NCBI GenBank assembly: GCA_965263165.1 | Contig: OZ253584.1 | Location: forward strand, 1,138,401 to 1,202,400 | Reading direction: 5' to 3' | Length of the DNA stretch: 64,000 nucleotides | Source: Dehalococcoidia bacterium | GTDB taxonomy: Bacteria; Chloroflexota; Dehalococcoidia; Lucifugimonadales; SAR202-VII-2 | In this document: piece by piece, positions 1 to 9,587 of the stretch | Layout of the letters: each line of letters opens with the position of its first letter | Numbering within the stretch: position 1 is the first letter of the stretch | The notes under the pieces: generated by a model | Told to the model about the DNA's origin: nothing | Databases searched by the model: none | What the model saw: the letters and a program-made list of their open reading frames with translations, nothing else | Translations under genes and position numbers: made by a program

Positions 1-1
1 C

Positions 2-382
2 AGCTTTGACGCCGGGTTCGGAACCATCTTTCTGGCCCGGGTCGTTGGGGAGAAGAAAGCGCGGGAGATATGGTACCTCTGTCGTCGCTACTCCGCCGAA
101 GAGGCCCTGCAGATGGGTCTGGTGAACAAGGTGGTGCCGCCGGAGGAGCTGGAAGACGAGGTGATGGCCTGGTCGCAGGAGCTTCTGCAACGAGGGCCCA
201 CGGCCCTGCGCTTCCTCAAACACTCATTCAATGCGGACACCGACCACGTCTACGGCATCCAGAACCTGGCCCACGGCGCAACGTCTCTCTACTACACCAC
301 CGACGAGTCCAAGGAGGGTACGAACGCCTTTCGAGAGAAACGGGCTCCAGACTTCTCAAAGCACCGCTCTCACCCCTGGTAG
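2..382 (+). CDS. menB: 1,4-dihydroxy-2-naphthoyl-CoA synthase (5' partial, runs off window)
   Basis: Frame 2 reads SFDAGFG...[31 protein letters not shown]...[14 protein letters not shown], the typical MenB C-terminal half; adjacent to menA. Confidence 0.93.
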   Translation, partial: SFDAGFGTIFLARVVGEKKAREIWYLCRRYSAEEALQMGLVNKVVPPEELEDEVMAWSQELLQRGPTALRFLKHSFNADTDHVYGIQNLAHGATSLYYTTDESKEGTNAFREKRAPDFSKHRSHPW

Positions 383-388
383 GCAGCG

Positions 389-1324
389 ATGCGTCAGCCT
401 CTATCCGCGACGGCCGGCCCCTGGGAGCGCGCCCGCTGGTGCGCAGGCGTGTGGTACTGGGCAGCTAGGCCTTTCACCCTCACCGCCTCCGTGGTGCCGG
501 TGCTGGTTGGGTCGGCGCTGGCCTTTCAGGAGGGGCGGGCCTTCATCCATCTCTTCATCCTGGCCCTGGCCGCCTCGGTCCTCGTGCAGGTGGGGACCAA
601 CCTCACCGATGAGTTCTCGGACGACGCCAGCCCTGAAGCCCGCGGCCAGAAGCTCCTGGCGCCCTATAAGGTCATTGCCCTGGGTCTGCTATCGAATCGC
701 GCCGTAAGGTTGGGAGCGGTTGTCAGCTTTGCCGTTGCTACGGGAATCGGGCTGTACATCGTGACGGTGGCCGGTTGGCTCATCCTGGTCATCGCCGCGG
801 CCAGCCTGTTGGTGGCCTATCTCTATGCGGGCGGTCCCAAGCCCCTGGGAACCGTCGGGTTGGGCAACCCGCTGGTCTTCGTGTTCATGGGGCCGGTCAT
901 GGTGATTGGAGCGCATTACGTCCATGTGCGCGAGGTCACGATGGATGCCTTCTGGGTGTCGCTGCCGGTGGCCTGCCTGGTGACGGCCATCCTGGTGGCC
1001 AATGACCTGCGCGACCTGGAGGAGGACCGCATCGCCGGAAAGACGACGCCGGTGACGTTGTGGGGCCGGACCTTCGGCCGGTGGCTGTGGACAACCCTTG
1101 TTGCCGGAGCGTTCGCGGCTGCTGTAGCCTTGGCGGCCATCGGCGGGCATGGCCCGTGGCCGCTTCTGACCGGCGTGGCCCTCTATCCGGCCTACCGCGC
1201 CTTTAGGGGAATCTGGGGGGAGGAGACGCGTCCCTCGCTGGCCGTAGTCTTGCGCAACTCGGCGAGGCTGCACTGGTGGTTTGGCGTACTGTTCGCCGCG
1301 GGTCTTGCGCTGGGGAGGATATAG
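389..1324 (+). CDS. menA: 1,4-dihydroxy-2-naphthoate polyprenyltransferase (UbiA family)
   Basis: ARPFTLTASVVPV, NLTDEFSD, YAGGPKPL and ANDLRDLEEDRIAGKTT motifs; multi-TM; follows menB. Confidence 0.9.
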   Translation: MRQPLSATAGPWERARWCAGVWYWAARPFTLTASVVPVLVGSALAFQEGRAFIHLFILALAASVLVQVGTNLTDEFSDDASPEARGQKLLAPYKVIALGLLSNRAVRLGAVVSFAVATGIGLYIVTVAGWLILVIAAASLLVAYLYAGGPKPLGTVGLGNPLVFVFMGPVMVIGAHYVHVREVTMDAFWVSLPVACLVTAILVANDLRDLEEDRIAGKTTPVTLWGRTFGRWLWTTLVAGAFAAAVALAAIGGHGPWPLLTGVALYPAYRAFRGIWGEETRPSLAVVLRNSARLHWWFGVLFAAGLALGRI

Positions 1325-1325
1325 A

Positions 1326-2537
1326 CTAGCGCCGCTCGAAGATGGCGGCGACCCCTTGGCCGCCGCCAACGCACATCGTCTCCAGGCCATAGCGCACGTT
1401 CCGGCGCTCCATCTCGTGGAGCAGCGTCGCCAGGATACGGGCGCCGGTGGCCCCGATGGGGTGCCCCAACGAGATTCCCGACCCGTTGACATTGACGATG
1501 TCCTCGTCCGGCAGCTGCCACTCCCGCAACACCGCCAGCACCTGTGCCGCGAATGCCTCATTCAACTCAATAAGGCCGATGTCCTCGAACGACAGGCCCG
1601 TTCTCTCGAAGACGCGCTGCACGGCTGGGACCGGGCCGATGCCCATGTAAGCCGGATGCACTCCAGTTGCTGCCCATCCAACCAGGAAGGCCATGGGTTC
1701 TAGGCCGAGTTCCTCGAGTCTGTCCGCCGCGACAACCAGGCAGACAGAGGCGGCGTCGTTCTGTGCGCTGGCGTTGCCCGCGGTGACCGTGCCGCCTTCC
1801 GTGGCCGGCGCAAGCCTTCTCAGCGCCTCCAACGTGGTGTCCGCGCGGGGTCCCTCGTCCCGGTCGACGATGAGCGGCTCGCCCTTGCGTTGCGGCGCGG
1901 GCACAGGGGCGATTTCGTTTGCGAACCGACCGGCTTCGGCGGCGGCGACTGCCCGTTGGTGGCTGCGCAGGGCGTAGGCGTCCTGGTACTCGCGGGGGAT
2001 CTCGTATTGCTGGGCCAGGTTCTCCGCCGTCTCGATCATGCCTGAGATGTGCCCGAAGCGCTCCTCCGGCGATACCGTGGCCCTGGCGCGGGTGAGGCGG
2101 TCGTGGAGGGTAACCGAGCCCAGCCGGCTGCCCCAGCGGGCGTTGGTGGTGTAGTGCTCCACGTTACTCATGCTCTCCACCCCTCCGGCAACGACCACGT
2201 CGGCATTGCCGGTCTGCACGAGCATCGCTGCGTTGATGATGGACTGGAGCCCAGAGGCGCAGCGCCGGTCCAACTGGTGCCCCGGCACTTCGATGGGAAG
2301 GCCTGCCTTGAGGGCGGCTAGCCGCCCGATGGAGGGGTTCTCGCCGCTGGGATAGCCGTGGCCCAGGATGACCTCATCCACGCGGGCGGGGTCGAGGCCG
2401 GTGCGTTCCATGAGAGCGCGAATGGAGAGGGCGGCCAACGCATCAGCGGGGACATCGCGCAGGGCGCCGCCGAATTTGCCGACGGGCGTTCGCAGAGGAG
2501 AGACGATGGCGGCGTCGCGCCCAGCGTTCGACTGCAT
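1326..2537 (-). CDS. Acetyl-CoA C-acyltransferase (thiolase)
   Basis: CASGL nucleophile, NEAFA, GHPIGATG and CVGGGQG motifs. Confidence 0.95.
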   Translation of the reverse strand: MQSNAGRDAAIVSPLRTPVGKFGGALRDVPADALAALSIRALMERTGLDPARVDEVILGHGYPSGENPSIGRLAALKAGLPIEVPGHQLDRRCASGLQSIINAAMLVQTGNADVVVAGGVESMSNVEHYTTNARWGSRLGSVTLHDRLTRARATVSPEERFGHISGMIETAENLAQQYEIPREYQDAYALRSHQRAVAAAEAGRFANEIAPVPAPQRKGEPLIVDRDEGPRADTTLEALRRLAPATEGGTVTAGNASAQNDAASVCLVVAADRLEELGLEPMAFLVGWAATGVHPAYMGIGPVPAVQRVFERTGLSFEDIGLIELNEAFAAQVLAVLREWQLPDEDIVNVNGSGISLGHPIGATGARILATLLHEMERRNVRYGLETMCVGGGQGVAAIFERR

Positions 2538-2540
2538 GCT

Positions 2541-3554
2541 CTAGCCTTCGCCCAGGCCCAGCTTTCGGCGCAGGTTGTCCTCGATGCGATTGATCTCATT
2601 GTCCGAGCCGAGCATTTGGTCCAGGAACGGCTTGGAGGGATATCCAGTCTCTATTTCCGCCTGGAGCTCCTCAGCGAAGGCGCCGCTCTGAATGTCCTTC
2701 ACAGCCTCGCGCATGCTGTCCGCCATGACGTCCCTATCCACGGCCATGGTCCGGGTCATGCCGCCGAAGGCGGCGGCATACCCGTGGAGGTAGACGGAGC
2801 GAAAGAAGCCGGCGTCGGCCATGGCCTGGAACGTTTTGGACATCTCCCCCGAGAGATACATTTCCAGGAGCAGGCCCTCTGGAGGCAGGCCCGCCTCTAC
2901 GCCCACTTGGAAGGCCGCAAGGATGGCGGCGCCCAGCCAGGGTCCCAGGGCCTGCTCGCCGAACAGGTCGAGGTTGGCTTCCTGTTTGGCGCTGAGGTGG
3001 AGGGCGCCTCGTCTCAAAGAACCTGCCGCTTTGGCCACGGCCAGCAGTGTCGGCCAAGCGTTGCCTGTGGCGTCCTGCTCCACCGAGACGTAGCTCAGGA
3101 AGCCCTTTTCGGCCAGGAAAAGCTCGCGAATGACGTCGCCGACCATCCTGGGGGCGAACAACAGCACGTCGACGCCCGGCGGTGGTGCGATGAGGTTGTA
3201 GGCTAAGTTGTAGCCGGAGGCGAACAGCAGGGCCGACCCCGGCCGCAGATGGGGTCTGACCGAGGCCTCCATGACTTCAGGCTGGGTCTCGTCGGGCACG
3301 AGGAGGAGCGTCAGGTCAGCCTGGGCAACCGCGTCTGCTATCGGTGAGACCGGGAACCCCTCATTGCCGGCCAAGTCATGGGAGGCGTCATTCCGGCTCC
3401 CCACGATTACCCTGGCCTGTGTGGCGTCCCGAAGGTTGAGCGCCATTGACCTGCCTAGATGGCCGTACCCCACAATAGCGACGGTCTTGCCCGACAGCGC
3501 CGCGATATCTGCATCGGCCTCGCGGAAAACCGGGAGGCCGTCGTTAGACGTCAT
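2541..3554 (-). CDS. Divergent ketol-acid reductoisomerase-like oxidoreductase
   Basis: GYGHLG Rossmann motif and DLFGEQ metal motif; several substrate residues differ from the canonical IlvC at 8437. Confidence 0.85.
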   Translation of the reverse strand: MTSNDGLPVFREADADIAALSGKTVAIVGYGHLGRSMALNLRDATQARVIVGSRNDASHDLAGNEGFPVSPIADAVAQADLTLLLVPDETQPEVMEASVRPHLRPGSALLFASGYNLAYNLIAPPPGVDVLLFAPRMVGDVIRELFLAEKGFLSYVSVEQDATGNAWPTLLAVAKAAGSLRRGALHLSAKQEANLDLFGEQALGPWLGAAILAAFQVGVEAGLPPEGLLLEMYLSGEMSKTFQAMADAGFFRSVYLHGYAAAFGGMTRTMAVDRDVMADSMREAVKDIQSGAFAEELQAEIETGYPSKPFLDQMLGSDNEINRIEDNLRRKLGLGEG

Positions 3555-3960
3555 GGGCCTCCTCCCTGGCCTCGCGGTAGCTGGCTAAGAAGGGGTCGAG
3601 CATGCCGGCGAACTTGCTCAATTTCAGTGGATGCAGGCCTTTCACCTTCAACTTGCCGGTAATGAAGGCCGTGCCGAAGGAGGTGCGACCCCAGGCCGCA
3701 TCATTCAGCGTCGTGCTCGACATGCCAATCGTGATGGAGGGGTTGCCGTCGACGGAAGGGGCGAAGCGGAGCGCTGGGCCCGATTGGTCGGAAACCAGGT
3801 GCACTGCCATCGCCAGATCGTCGAACTCCCACCGCACGGTTTGAAACGCCGCAGCGATGCGCTCGAGCTGGGGAGCGTCCAGCTTTTCGTTGAGCAGCTC
3901 CACGGTGCGGCGAAGGGCGTTTTGAAGCTCTTCTCCGGAGGCGGGCGGGGACTGAGTCAC
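3544..3960 (-). CDS. SCP2 sterol/lipid-binding domain protein
   Basis: C-terminal AFITGKLKVKG motif; overlaps start of KARI-like gene. Confidence 0.75.
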   Translation of the reverse strand: MTQSPPASGEELQNALRRTVELLNEKLDAPQLERIAAAFQTVRWEFDDLAMAVHLVSDQSGPALRFAPSVDGNPSITIGMSSTTLNDAAWGRTSFGTAFITGKLKVKGLHPLKLSKFAGMLDPFLASYREAREEAHDV

Positions 3961-3990
3961 GAGGTGCTCCTGTTAGTTGGATCCTCGACG

Positions 3991-4285
3991 TCAATGAGGA
4001 TAACCCGAACCGGAACCGTGCGGAAATGCCTTTTTAGGCGTTGGATCTGTTGGGCCCCTGAGGTGTTTCTTCTGAGAGTATTTCTGCGGTGCTCTGCCCT
4101 CATCCAAATTGAAGACGTAGTTGTCCGCTTTGGTGAAACATGAGATGACCTCGTATGTTGTAGGGAGGTGAGGTAACGACTGGACCTACAAGGTCTTCAG
4201 GGAGAGACCTAAGAAGCTTCATGCAATCGTCGTGAAGAAGCGCCGCGTCGGCGGTTGGATCGAAAGCGGTCGTCAGATGGCGCAT
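3991..4285 (-). pseudogene. Internally deleted, frameshifted N4/N6 DNA methyltransferase relic
   Basis: DCMKLLRSLPEDLVGPVVTSPPYNI (motif IV), then in another frame YEVISCFTKADNYVFNLDEGRAPQKYSQKKHLRGP, normally much further downstream in beta-class MTases. Confidence 0.75.
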
Positions 4286-4309
4286 GGAGAACTCGGGGCT
4301 TGCTGATTG

Positions 4310-5266
4310 TTAGATGGGTGGCTTGCTGCCTGCCCCGTCCCGGTAGGCCTCCAGGGCCTCTCTGGAGCTCCTGAGGATGGCCAGTCCAAGGGCATTCTTG
4401 ATTCTGTCGTTCGAGGCTACCCACGGATACCGGATAAAGTCAATACCGGCGCCGGGGGCGTCGGCGACCTTGGACAGCCCCACACCCCATAGCAGGCTGG
4501 TCGCTGGGTAGAGCATCCAGCTTGGGATGGGCACAAGGCGCTTGCCCAAGATGTGCGCCACCTCCGACAGCGACACCGTTCCATCGCCTGTTAGGTTGTA
4601 CACTCCTGGGACCCGTTCCGTGATGCACCTGGCCATGATGTCAGCCAAGTCATCCTCATGGATGAACTGGAGAGGCGGGTCCGATCCGGGTATGCGAGGG
4701 AAGAACGGCTTGCTGAACCATCCTTGCACGGCGCTGCCCCCGCCGGGCCCGACCACGGGGCAACCCCTGAGCAGCGTGAGCGACACCGCCGGCGTCTCAT
4801 TGGCGAACCGGCGGGCCATGGAGTCCCCCTCCGCCTTATCGTGCGAGTAGGGGAACCGCGCGTTGGGCATCAGCGGGGAGTCCTCTGTGAACAGGGGGGG
4901 ATTCTCCGGGTGCGCCCCGTAGGCTGCTGTGCTGCTGAACCACACAACGTGCTTGACCGAAGAGTCCGAGCAGGCTTCCACCACCCGTTGCGCTCCCCCT
5001 ATGTTGACGCGCCGGGCGCGAGCCCGGCCCCAGCGGGTCGGCGCCAGGACGAAGGCTAGGTGGACAACGGTGTCGATGCCCCACCGGGAGAGGTCGTCGG
5101 CCAGCCTCTGAAGGATGTCGCTGGTGACGGCCTGAAGCTTGGGATGCTCAATGCGAGGAGGCTTCCGGTCCACGCCCACCACGAGCTCGACGTCAGGATG
5201 ATCGAGGAGCCGGGGCAAGAGCAGGTTGGCGATGTAGCCGGACGAGCCGGTGACCAGAATTCGCAT
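4310..5266 (-). CDS. NAD-dependent epimerase/dehydratase (extended SDR)
   Basis: ILVTGSSGYIA, SSTAAYG and YSHDK (YxxxK). Confidence 0.9.
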   Translation of the reverse strand: MRILVTGSSGYIANLLLPRLLDHPDVELVVGVDRKPPRIEHPKLQAVTSDILQRLADDLSRWGIDTVVHLAFVLAPTRWGRARARRVNIGGAQRVVEACSDSSVKHVVWFSSTAAYGAHPENPPLFTEDSPLMPNARFPYSHDKAEGDSMARRFANETPAVSLTLLRGCPVVGPGGGSAVQGWFSKPFFPRIPGSDPPLQFIHEDDLADIMARCITERVPGVYNLTGDGTVSLSEVAHILGKRLVPIPSWMLYPATSLLWGVGLSKVADAPGAGIDFIRYPWVASNDRIKNALGLAILRSSREALEAYRDGAGSKPPI

Positions 5267-5329
5267 GGCGGAAGTTGAGACCCTCGCCTAACCGGGGCCG
5301 GTTATCCGTCCCGCCGCTGCGGAGGTCCC

Positions 5330-5670
5330 GTTTGTGCGTAAAGGCGTGACTGCCAGTGAAGGAGCGGCGCCAGCGGCGTAGCTAATCCGGCACACCCGGG
5401 CGTCACAGTTGCCACGCCTCCGGCACGGTTCGCGACGCCTTTGTCCACTTTCCAGCCGGCCCCCGAAGCGAGGTGTCCCGTAGCCGTCGCGTAGCCGGGA
5501 CCTTGCGTCGCACAAGGAATGGGCCGCCAGGCCACTGCTTGACCATCTGCTTTTCCGCCTTCCATATGCCCTATACCCTGCAACTCGCTGCATCCCGGCT
5601 CCAAGAGAGAGTGGGCCGCTGGCCCACTGCTTGACGATACTCTAGCACAAATGTCCTTATTCTGCAAGAG
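5330..5670 (-). repeat. Solo divergent copy (U5) of the repeated promoter cassette
   Basis: Minus strand TTGCAG-17bp-TAGAGT followed by GTGGGCCAGCGGCCC...TTGGAGCC, matching the leaders at 18504-18585 and 53720-53802. Confidence 0.65.
5639..5667 (-). promoter_or_regulatory. Sigma70 promoter with LexA-like box (cassette U5)
   Basis: TTGCAG aataaGGACatttGTGC TAGAGT; 17 bp spacer and extended -10 TG. Confidence 0.55.
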
Positions 5671-5704
5671 GGAGGGGGCCGGCGGCGGCTTGTTCAGAGC
5701 ATCC

Positions 5705-5887
5705 CTAGGCCGGCGCGAACTTCGCGGGATCCTGCTCGAATTGGCGCTTGCAGCCCGGAGCGCAGAAGTAGTAGGTGCTGCCCTGGTGTTCCGAGGTTCC
5801 GCCCGGGGGCTTGGCGGTGTCGACCTCCATATGGCAAATAGGGTCGATGGCAATGGTCGTTTTCTTGGAGAAGAATGGGATGCGCAT
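5705..5887 (-). CDS. YHS domain protein
   Basis: IDPICHMEVD...YYFCAPGCKRQFEQDP. Confidence 0.9.
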   Translation of the reverse strand: MRIPFFSKKTTIAIDPICHMEVDTAKPPGGTSEHQGSTYYFCAPGCKRQFEQDPAKFAPA

Positions 5888-6057
5888 AATCCTCCTGAAC
5901 GGTAAGCCTTATCGGAATGAGTTTCGCCTAGCATAGCAGTAAACTCAAGCCCGGCGGCGCCCAGCGGCATTGCGCCTGCCGGCAAGATTGCTGAGTTTGC
6001 CTACGCCTGCCCCGTCAAGTAGCATGGCGCTCAGGGATGCTCTGGGAGGACAACGCT

Positions 6058-7134
6058 ATGAGCGCTATGCAGAAGGACGTTGGTGAGCAGTTGGAGGAGT
6101 TGTACCTGGACCTCGCCAGGGAGCACCTTCAGCCCCTATGGACCCAGGAGCGGGACCTGGTCCCCTGGAGCCCCAAACCCGCGGCCGTTCCCTGGCTGTG
6201 GCGTTGGAAATCTCTTCAGGCCTTGGCGACCCGCAGCGGTGAACTCGTAACGCTGGACCGCGGCGGCGACCGGCGAGTGATCATGATGTCCAACCCCGGA
6301 CTGGGAGGCAAGCCCTTCGCTACGCCGACGTTGATGGGGAACATCCAATTCCTGGGGCCGCATGAATCGGCTCCGGCCCACCGCCACTCGCCAGACGCCA
6401 TTCGCTTCGTGCTTCAGGGCGAGGGGGTCTGGACGACCGTGGAAGGCGACGCCTGCGACATGCACCCCGGCGACCTGGTGCTCACCCCCAATTGGACCTG
6501 GCACGACCACAGCAACGACACCGACGACCCCATGATCTGGTTCGATGGGCTTGACGTTCCAACGGCCCTCGCGCTGGACGCAACCTTCTTCGAGCTCTAC
6601 CCGTCCGACCTCCAGCCTCAGCCAACCGTGCATAACCGCTCGACCCGGACTTTCGGCGGGCGCGGCCTGTTGCCCCTGGACGCGGCCGATTCCTCCCGGA
6701 ACCACTCGCCGCTGTTCATCTATCGGTGGGCTGACACCGAGGCGGCCTTGGACGCCATGCTGGAGGAGCAGGGCGGCCCCATGGTCAGCCTTCAGTTCGT
6801 CGACCCCACCAGCGGGCGTCCCGTCCTGCCGACCATCGGGTGCGAAATGCATCGGATTGTGCCCGGCGGGAGAAGCAAGCCCGTTAGGAAGGTGGGCAAC
6901 TCGGTATTCGTCGTCTATCGGGGTTACGGGGCAAGCGTCATCAACGGCCAGCGCTTCGATTGGGGTCCCGGCGACTCGTTCGTGACGCCCTCTTGGGCGG
7001 TCGTCGACCACGAGGCCAAGGCCGCGGCTGACGTGTTTGCCATCACGGACCGGCCGGTGTTGGAGGCGTTGGGGCTCTACCGCGAGGAGTCGCTGGACGA
7101 GCCGCAGGAAATCGTCTCCCGGTTCGATCGTTAG
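6058..7134 (+). CDS. Gentisate 1,2-dioxygenase-family bicupin
   Basis: HRHSPDAIRF and PNWTWHDH Fe-binding motifs, vestigial C-terminal cupin; GGAGG RBS before ATG 6058 (ORF track start 6037). Confidence 0.85.
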   Translation: MSAMQKDVGEQLEELYLDLAREHLQPLWTQERDLVPWSPKPAAVPWLWRWKSLQALATRSGELVTLDRGGDRRVIMMSNPGLGGKPFATPTLMGNIQFLGPHESAPAHRHSPDAIRFVLQGEGVWTTVEGDACDMHPGDLVLTPNWTWHDHSNDTDDPMIWFDGLDVPTALALDATFFELYPSDLQPQPTVHNRSTRTFGGRGLLPLDAADSSRNHSPLFIYRWADTEAALDAMLEEQGGPMVSLQFVDPTSGRPVLPTIGCEMHRIVPGGRSKPVRKVGNSVFVVYRGYGASVINGQRFDWGPGDSFVTPSWAVVDHEAKAAADVFAITDRPVLEALGLYREESLDEPQEIVSRFDR

Positions 7135-7210
7135 CGCGCGTTCCACCTGCGCCCTGCCGGTCTGCGTCGCTCCGCCCGCAACGACAACCACCTGATCAAC
7201 AGGAGGCCCC

Positions 7211-8410
7211 ATGCTCCCCCTGGAGGGTATCACCGTCCTTGATCTGTCTCGCCTTGCCCCCGGCCCGTACTGCACGATGGTCCTGGGCGACCTGGGCGCG
7301 GACGTGCTGCGCGTAGAGCAGCCGGGAGGCGGCGCGCGGCAGCAACGGGAGCGTGAAGCCGAGGGCGGAGATGCCGAGGCCAAGGAGCGCAGGGAGGCGG
7401 CCTTCAACGCTCTGTTGCGCAACAAGCGGGCCATTGGCCTCAACCTCAAGGACGGCGCCGCCCGAGAGATCTTCTACGCTCTGGCTCGTACGGCCGACGT
7501 GGTGGTGGAGGGCTTCAGGCCCGGGGTGGTGAAGCGGCTGGGCGTTGACTACGAGACGGTGAAGGGCATCAACCCAGGCATCGTGTACTGCTCCATCAGC
7601 GGGTACGGCCAGGACGGCCCCTATCGTGACCTGGTGGGGCACGACATCAACTACATCTCATTTGCCGGCGTGCTTGGCGCCATAGGCCCCGACCCCGACC
7701 AGCCGCCAACGATCCCGCTGAACTTCTTGGCCGACTACGCCGGCGGCGGCATGCTGGCGGCAACTTCGATTCTGGCGGCGTTGCGAGTGAGGGACAAGAC
7801 GGGCAAGGGACAGTACGTGGATATTTCCATGACCGACGGCACGGTCTATCTGGCGGCGCGTCTCTTCTCGGAGTACCTGGCGTCCGGACGTCCTACGGAG
7901 CGGGGCCGCTACTGGCTGAGCGGGGCTTCGCCGTACTACAACGTCTACCGGTGCAGGGACGGAAAGTACATCAGCCTCGGCTGCAACGAGCCCTGGTTTT
8001 GGGAAAACCTCTGTAAGGTCTTCGGCCGAGAGGACCTGATACCTGTGCAGTGGGACCGCCCGCGTTGGCCTGAGATGGTCCGGGAGTTCAGGGAGATCAT
8101 GGCCACCCGGACGCAGGCCGAGTGGGTGGCGGAGTTTGAGAAGACGGACATTGCCTACGGCAAAGTCTACGCGCAAGATGAGGTCTTCGACGACCCGCAG
8201 CTTCAGCACCGGCAAATGGGCATTGACGCCGGAGAGGTCAACGGCGAGACGGTGCGCCAGGTTGGCATAGGCCCCAAGCTGTCGGAGACGCCGGGGGCCG
8301 TGCGGAGTCTCGGCGCGCCGGCTGGGGCCCACACGGACGCGGTCCTGAGCGGCCTTGGCTACCCGGAAGAGCGCATCGCAGAGCTGAGAGCGCAGGGAGC
8401 GGTGGGGTAA
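7211..8410 (+). CDS. CaiB/BaiF family III CoA-transferase / acyl-CoA racemase-like
   Basis: VLDLSRLAPGPY, RNKRAIGLNLK, EGFRPGV and GHDINY motifs. Confidence 0.92.
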   Translation: MLPLEGITVLDLSRLAPGPYCTMVLGDLGADVLRVEQPGGGARQQREREAEGGDAEAKERREAAFNALLRNKRAIGLNLKDGAAREIFYALARTADVVVEGFRPGVVKRLGVDYETVKGINPGIVYCSISGYGQDGPYRDLVGHDINYISFAGVLGAIGPDPDQPPTIPLNFLADYAGGGMLAATSILAALRVRDKTGKGQYVDISMTDGTVYLAARLFSEYLASGRPTERGRYWLSGASPYYNVYRCRDGKYISLGCNEPWFWENLCKVFGREDLIPVQWDRPRWPEMVREFREIMATRTQAEWVAEFEKTDIAYGKVYAQDEVFDDPQLQHRQMGIDAGEVNGETVRQVGIGPKLSETPGAVRSLGAPAGAHTDAVLSGLGYPEERIAELRAQGAVG

Positions 8411-8436
8411 GGGAACAGCCTCGCAGCAGGCGCCCC

Positions 8437-9438
8437 TTACTCCTCCCACTTCTTGAGGAAGCCCATCATGGCCCGCAGGTCCTTGCCGACGGCCTCGATG
8501 GGGTGCTCCGCCTCTTCCGCGCGCATCTGTAGGAACCGCTTGCGGCCCTCGTCGTTCTCGGCGATCCATTCGCGGGCGAAGGTCCCGTCTTGGATCTCCT
8601 TGAGCACCTGCCGCATTTCGTCCTTGACCCGCTCATCCACGATGCGGGGCCCCCGGGAATAGTCGCCGTACTCGGCGGTGTCGCTGACGGAGTAGCGCAT
8701 GTAGGCCAGGCCGCCCTCGTAGAAAAGGTCCACGATGAGCTTCATCTCATGGAGCACCTCGAAGTAGGCGGACTCCGGTTGGTAGCCGGCCTCCACCAGC
8801 ACTTCGAAGGCGTTCTTGATGAGCGACGTCACGCCGCCGCACAGGACCGTCTGCTCGCCGAAGAGGTCTGTCTCTGTCTCCTCTTTGAAGGTGGTCGCCA
8901 GCACGCCGGCCCTAGTGCATCCCACGCCCTTCCCGTAGGCCAGAGCGATGTCCCTGGCGTTGCCCGACGCGTCTTGGTGAATGGCCAGCAGGCCGGGAAC
9001 GCCGGAACCCTCGGTGAAGACCTCGCGCATGCGGTGTCCCGGCGCCTTTGGGGCAATCATGGTGACGTCCACCTCGGGCGGCGGCACGATTTGCTCGTAA
9101 TGGATGTTGAACCCGTGGGCGAACATGAGCGTCTTGCCAGCCTTCATGTGAGGCTCGATGGACTGGCGATAGATGTCCCGCTGCGCCGTGTCAGGCGCCA
9201 CGATCATCAGAATATCGGATGCTTCGGCAACCTCGGCGACGGTCTTGACGGTTAGTCCCGCCGCCTCCGCCTTCGGCCAACTCTTCGAGCCCTCGTACAG
9301 TCCGGCCAGAACGGAGAGGCCGGTGTCCTTCAGGTTCAGTGCGTGGGCGTGCCCCTGGCTTCCGTAGCCGATGACGCCGATGGTCTTGTCCTGGATGAGG
9401 GACAGGTCTGCATCCTGATCGTAGTAGACGGTTGCCAT
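8437..9438 (-). CDS. ilvC: Ketol-acid reductoisomerase
   Basis: GYGSQG, AHGFNI, APKAPG, DLFGEQ and SDTAEYG all canonical; follows ilvBN. Confidence 0.97.
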   Translation of the reverse strand: MATVYYDQDADLSLIQDKTIGVIGYGSQGHAHALNLKDTGLSVLAGLYEGSKSWPKAEAAGLTVKTVAEVAEASDILMIVAPDTAQRDIYRQSIEPHMKAGKTLMFAHGFNIHYEQIVPPPEVDVTMIAPKAPGHRMREVFTEGSGVPGLLAIHQDASGNARDIALAYGKGVGCTRAGVLATTFKEETETDLFGEQTVLCGGVTSLIKNAFEVLVEAGYQPESAYFEVLHEMKLIVDLFYEGGLAYMRYSVSDTAEYGDYSRGPRIVDERVKDEMRQVLKEIQDGTFAREWIAENDEGRKRFLQMRAEEAEHPIEAVGKDLRAMMGFLKKWEE

Positions 9439-9587
9439 GCGTTGCTCTCCTTGGCGAAGTTGGTTGGCGAGGCGCTCCCACTTAGTGGCGACGCAATTAT
9501 ACCCCAGCCAGCGAGGGCCGGGATTGGCGCTGCACAGGCGTTCCTACAATCGTCGGCAGCCAACAGGGAGGACAGGGATCGTGTCTT

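Noticed and set aside
6136-7449. Long antisense ORFs here and at 48777-50048, 10779-11825, 12469-14340 and similar
   Set aside because: Overlap well-supported genes in other frames; expected in high-GC DNA
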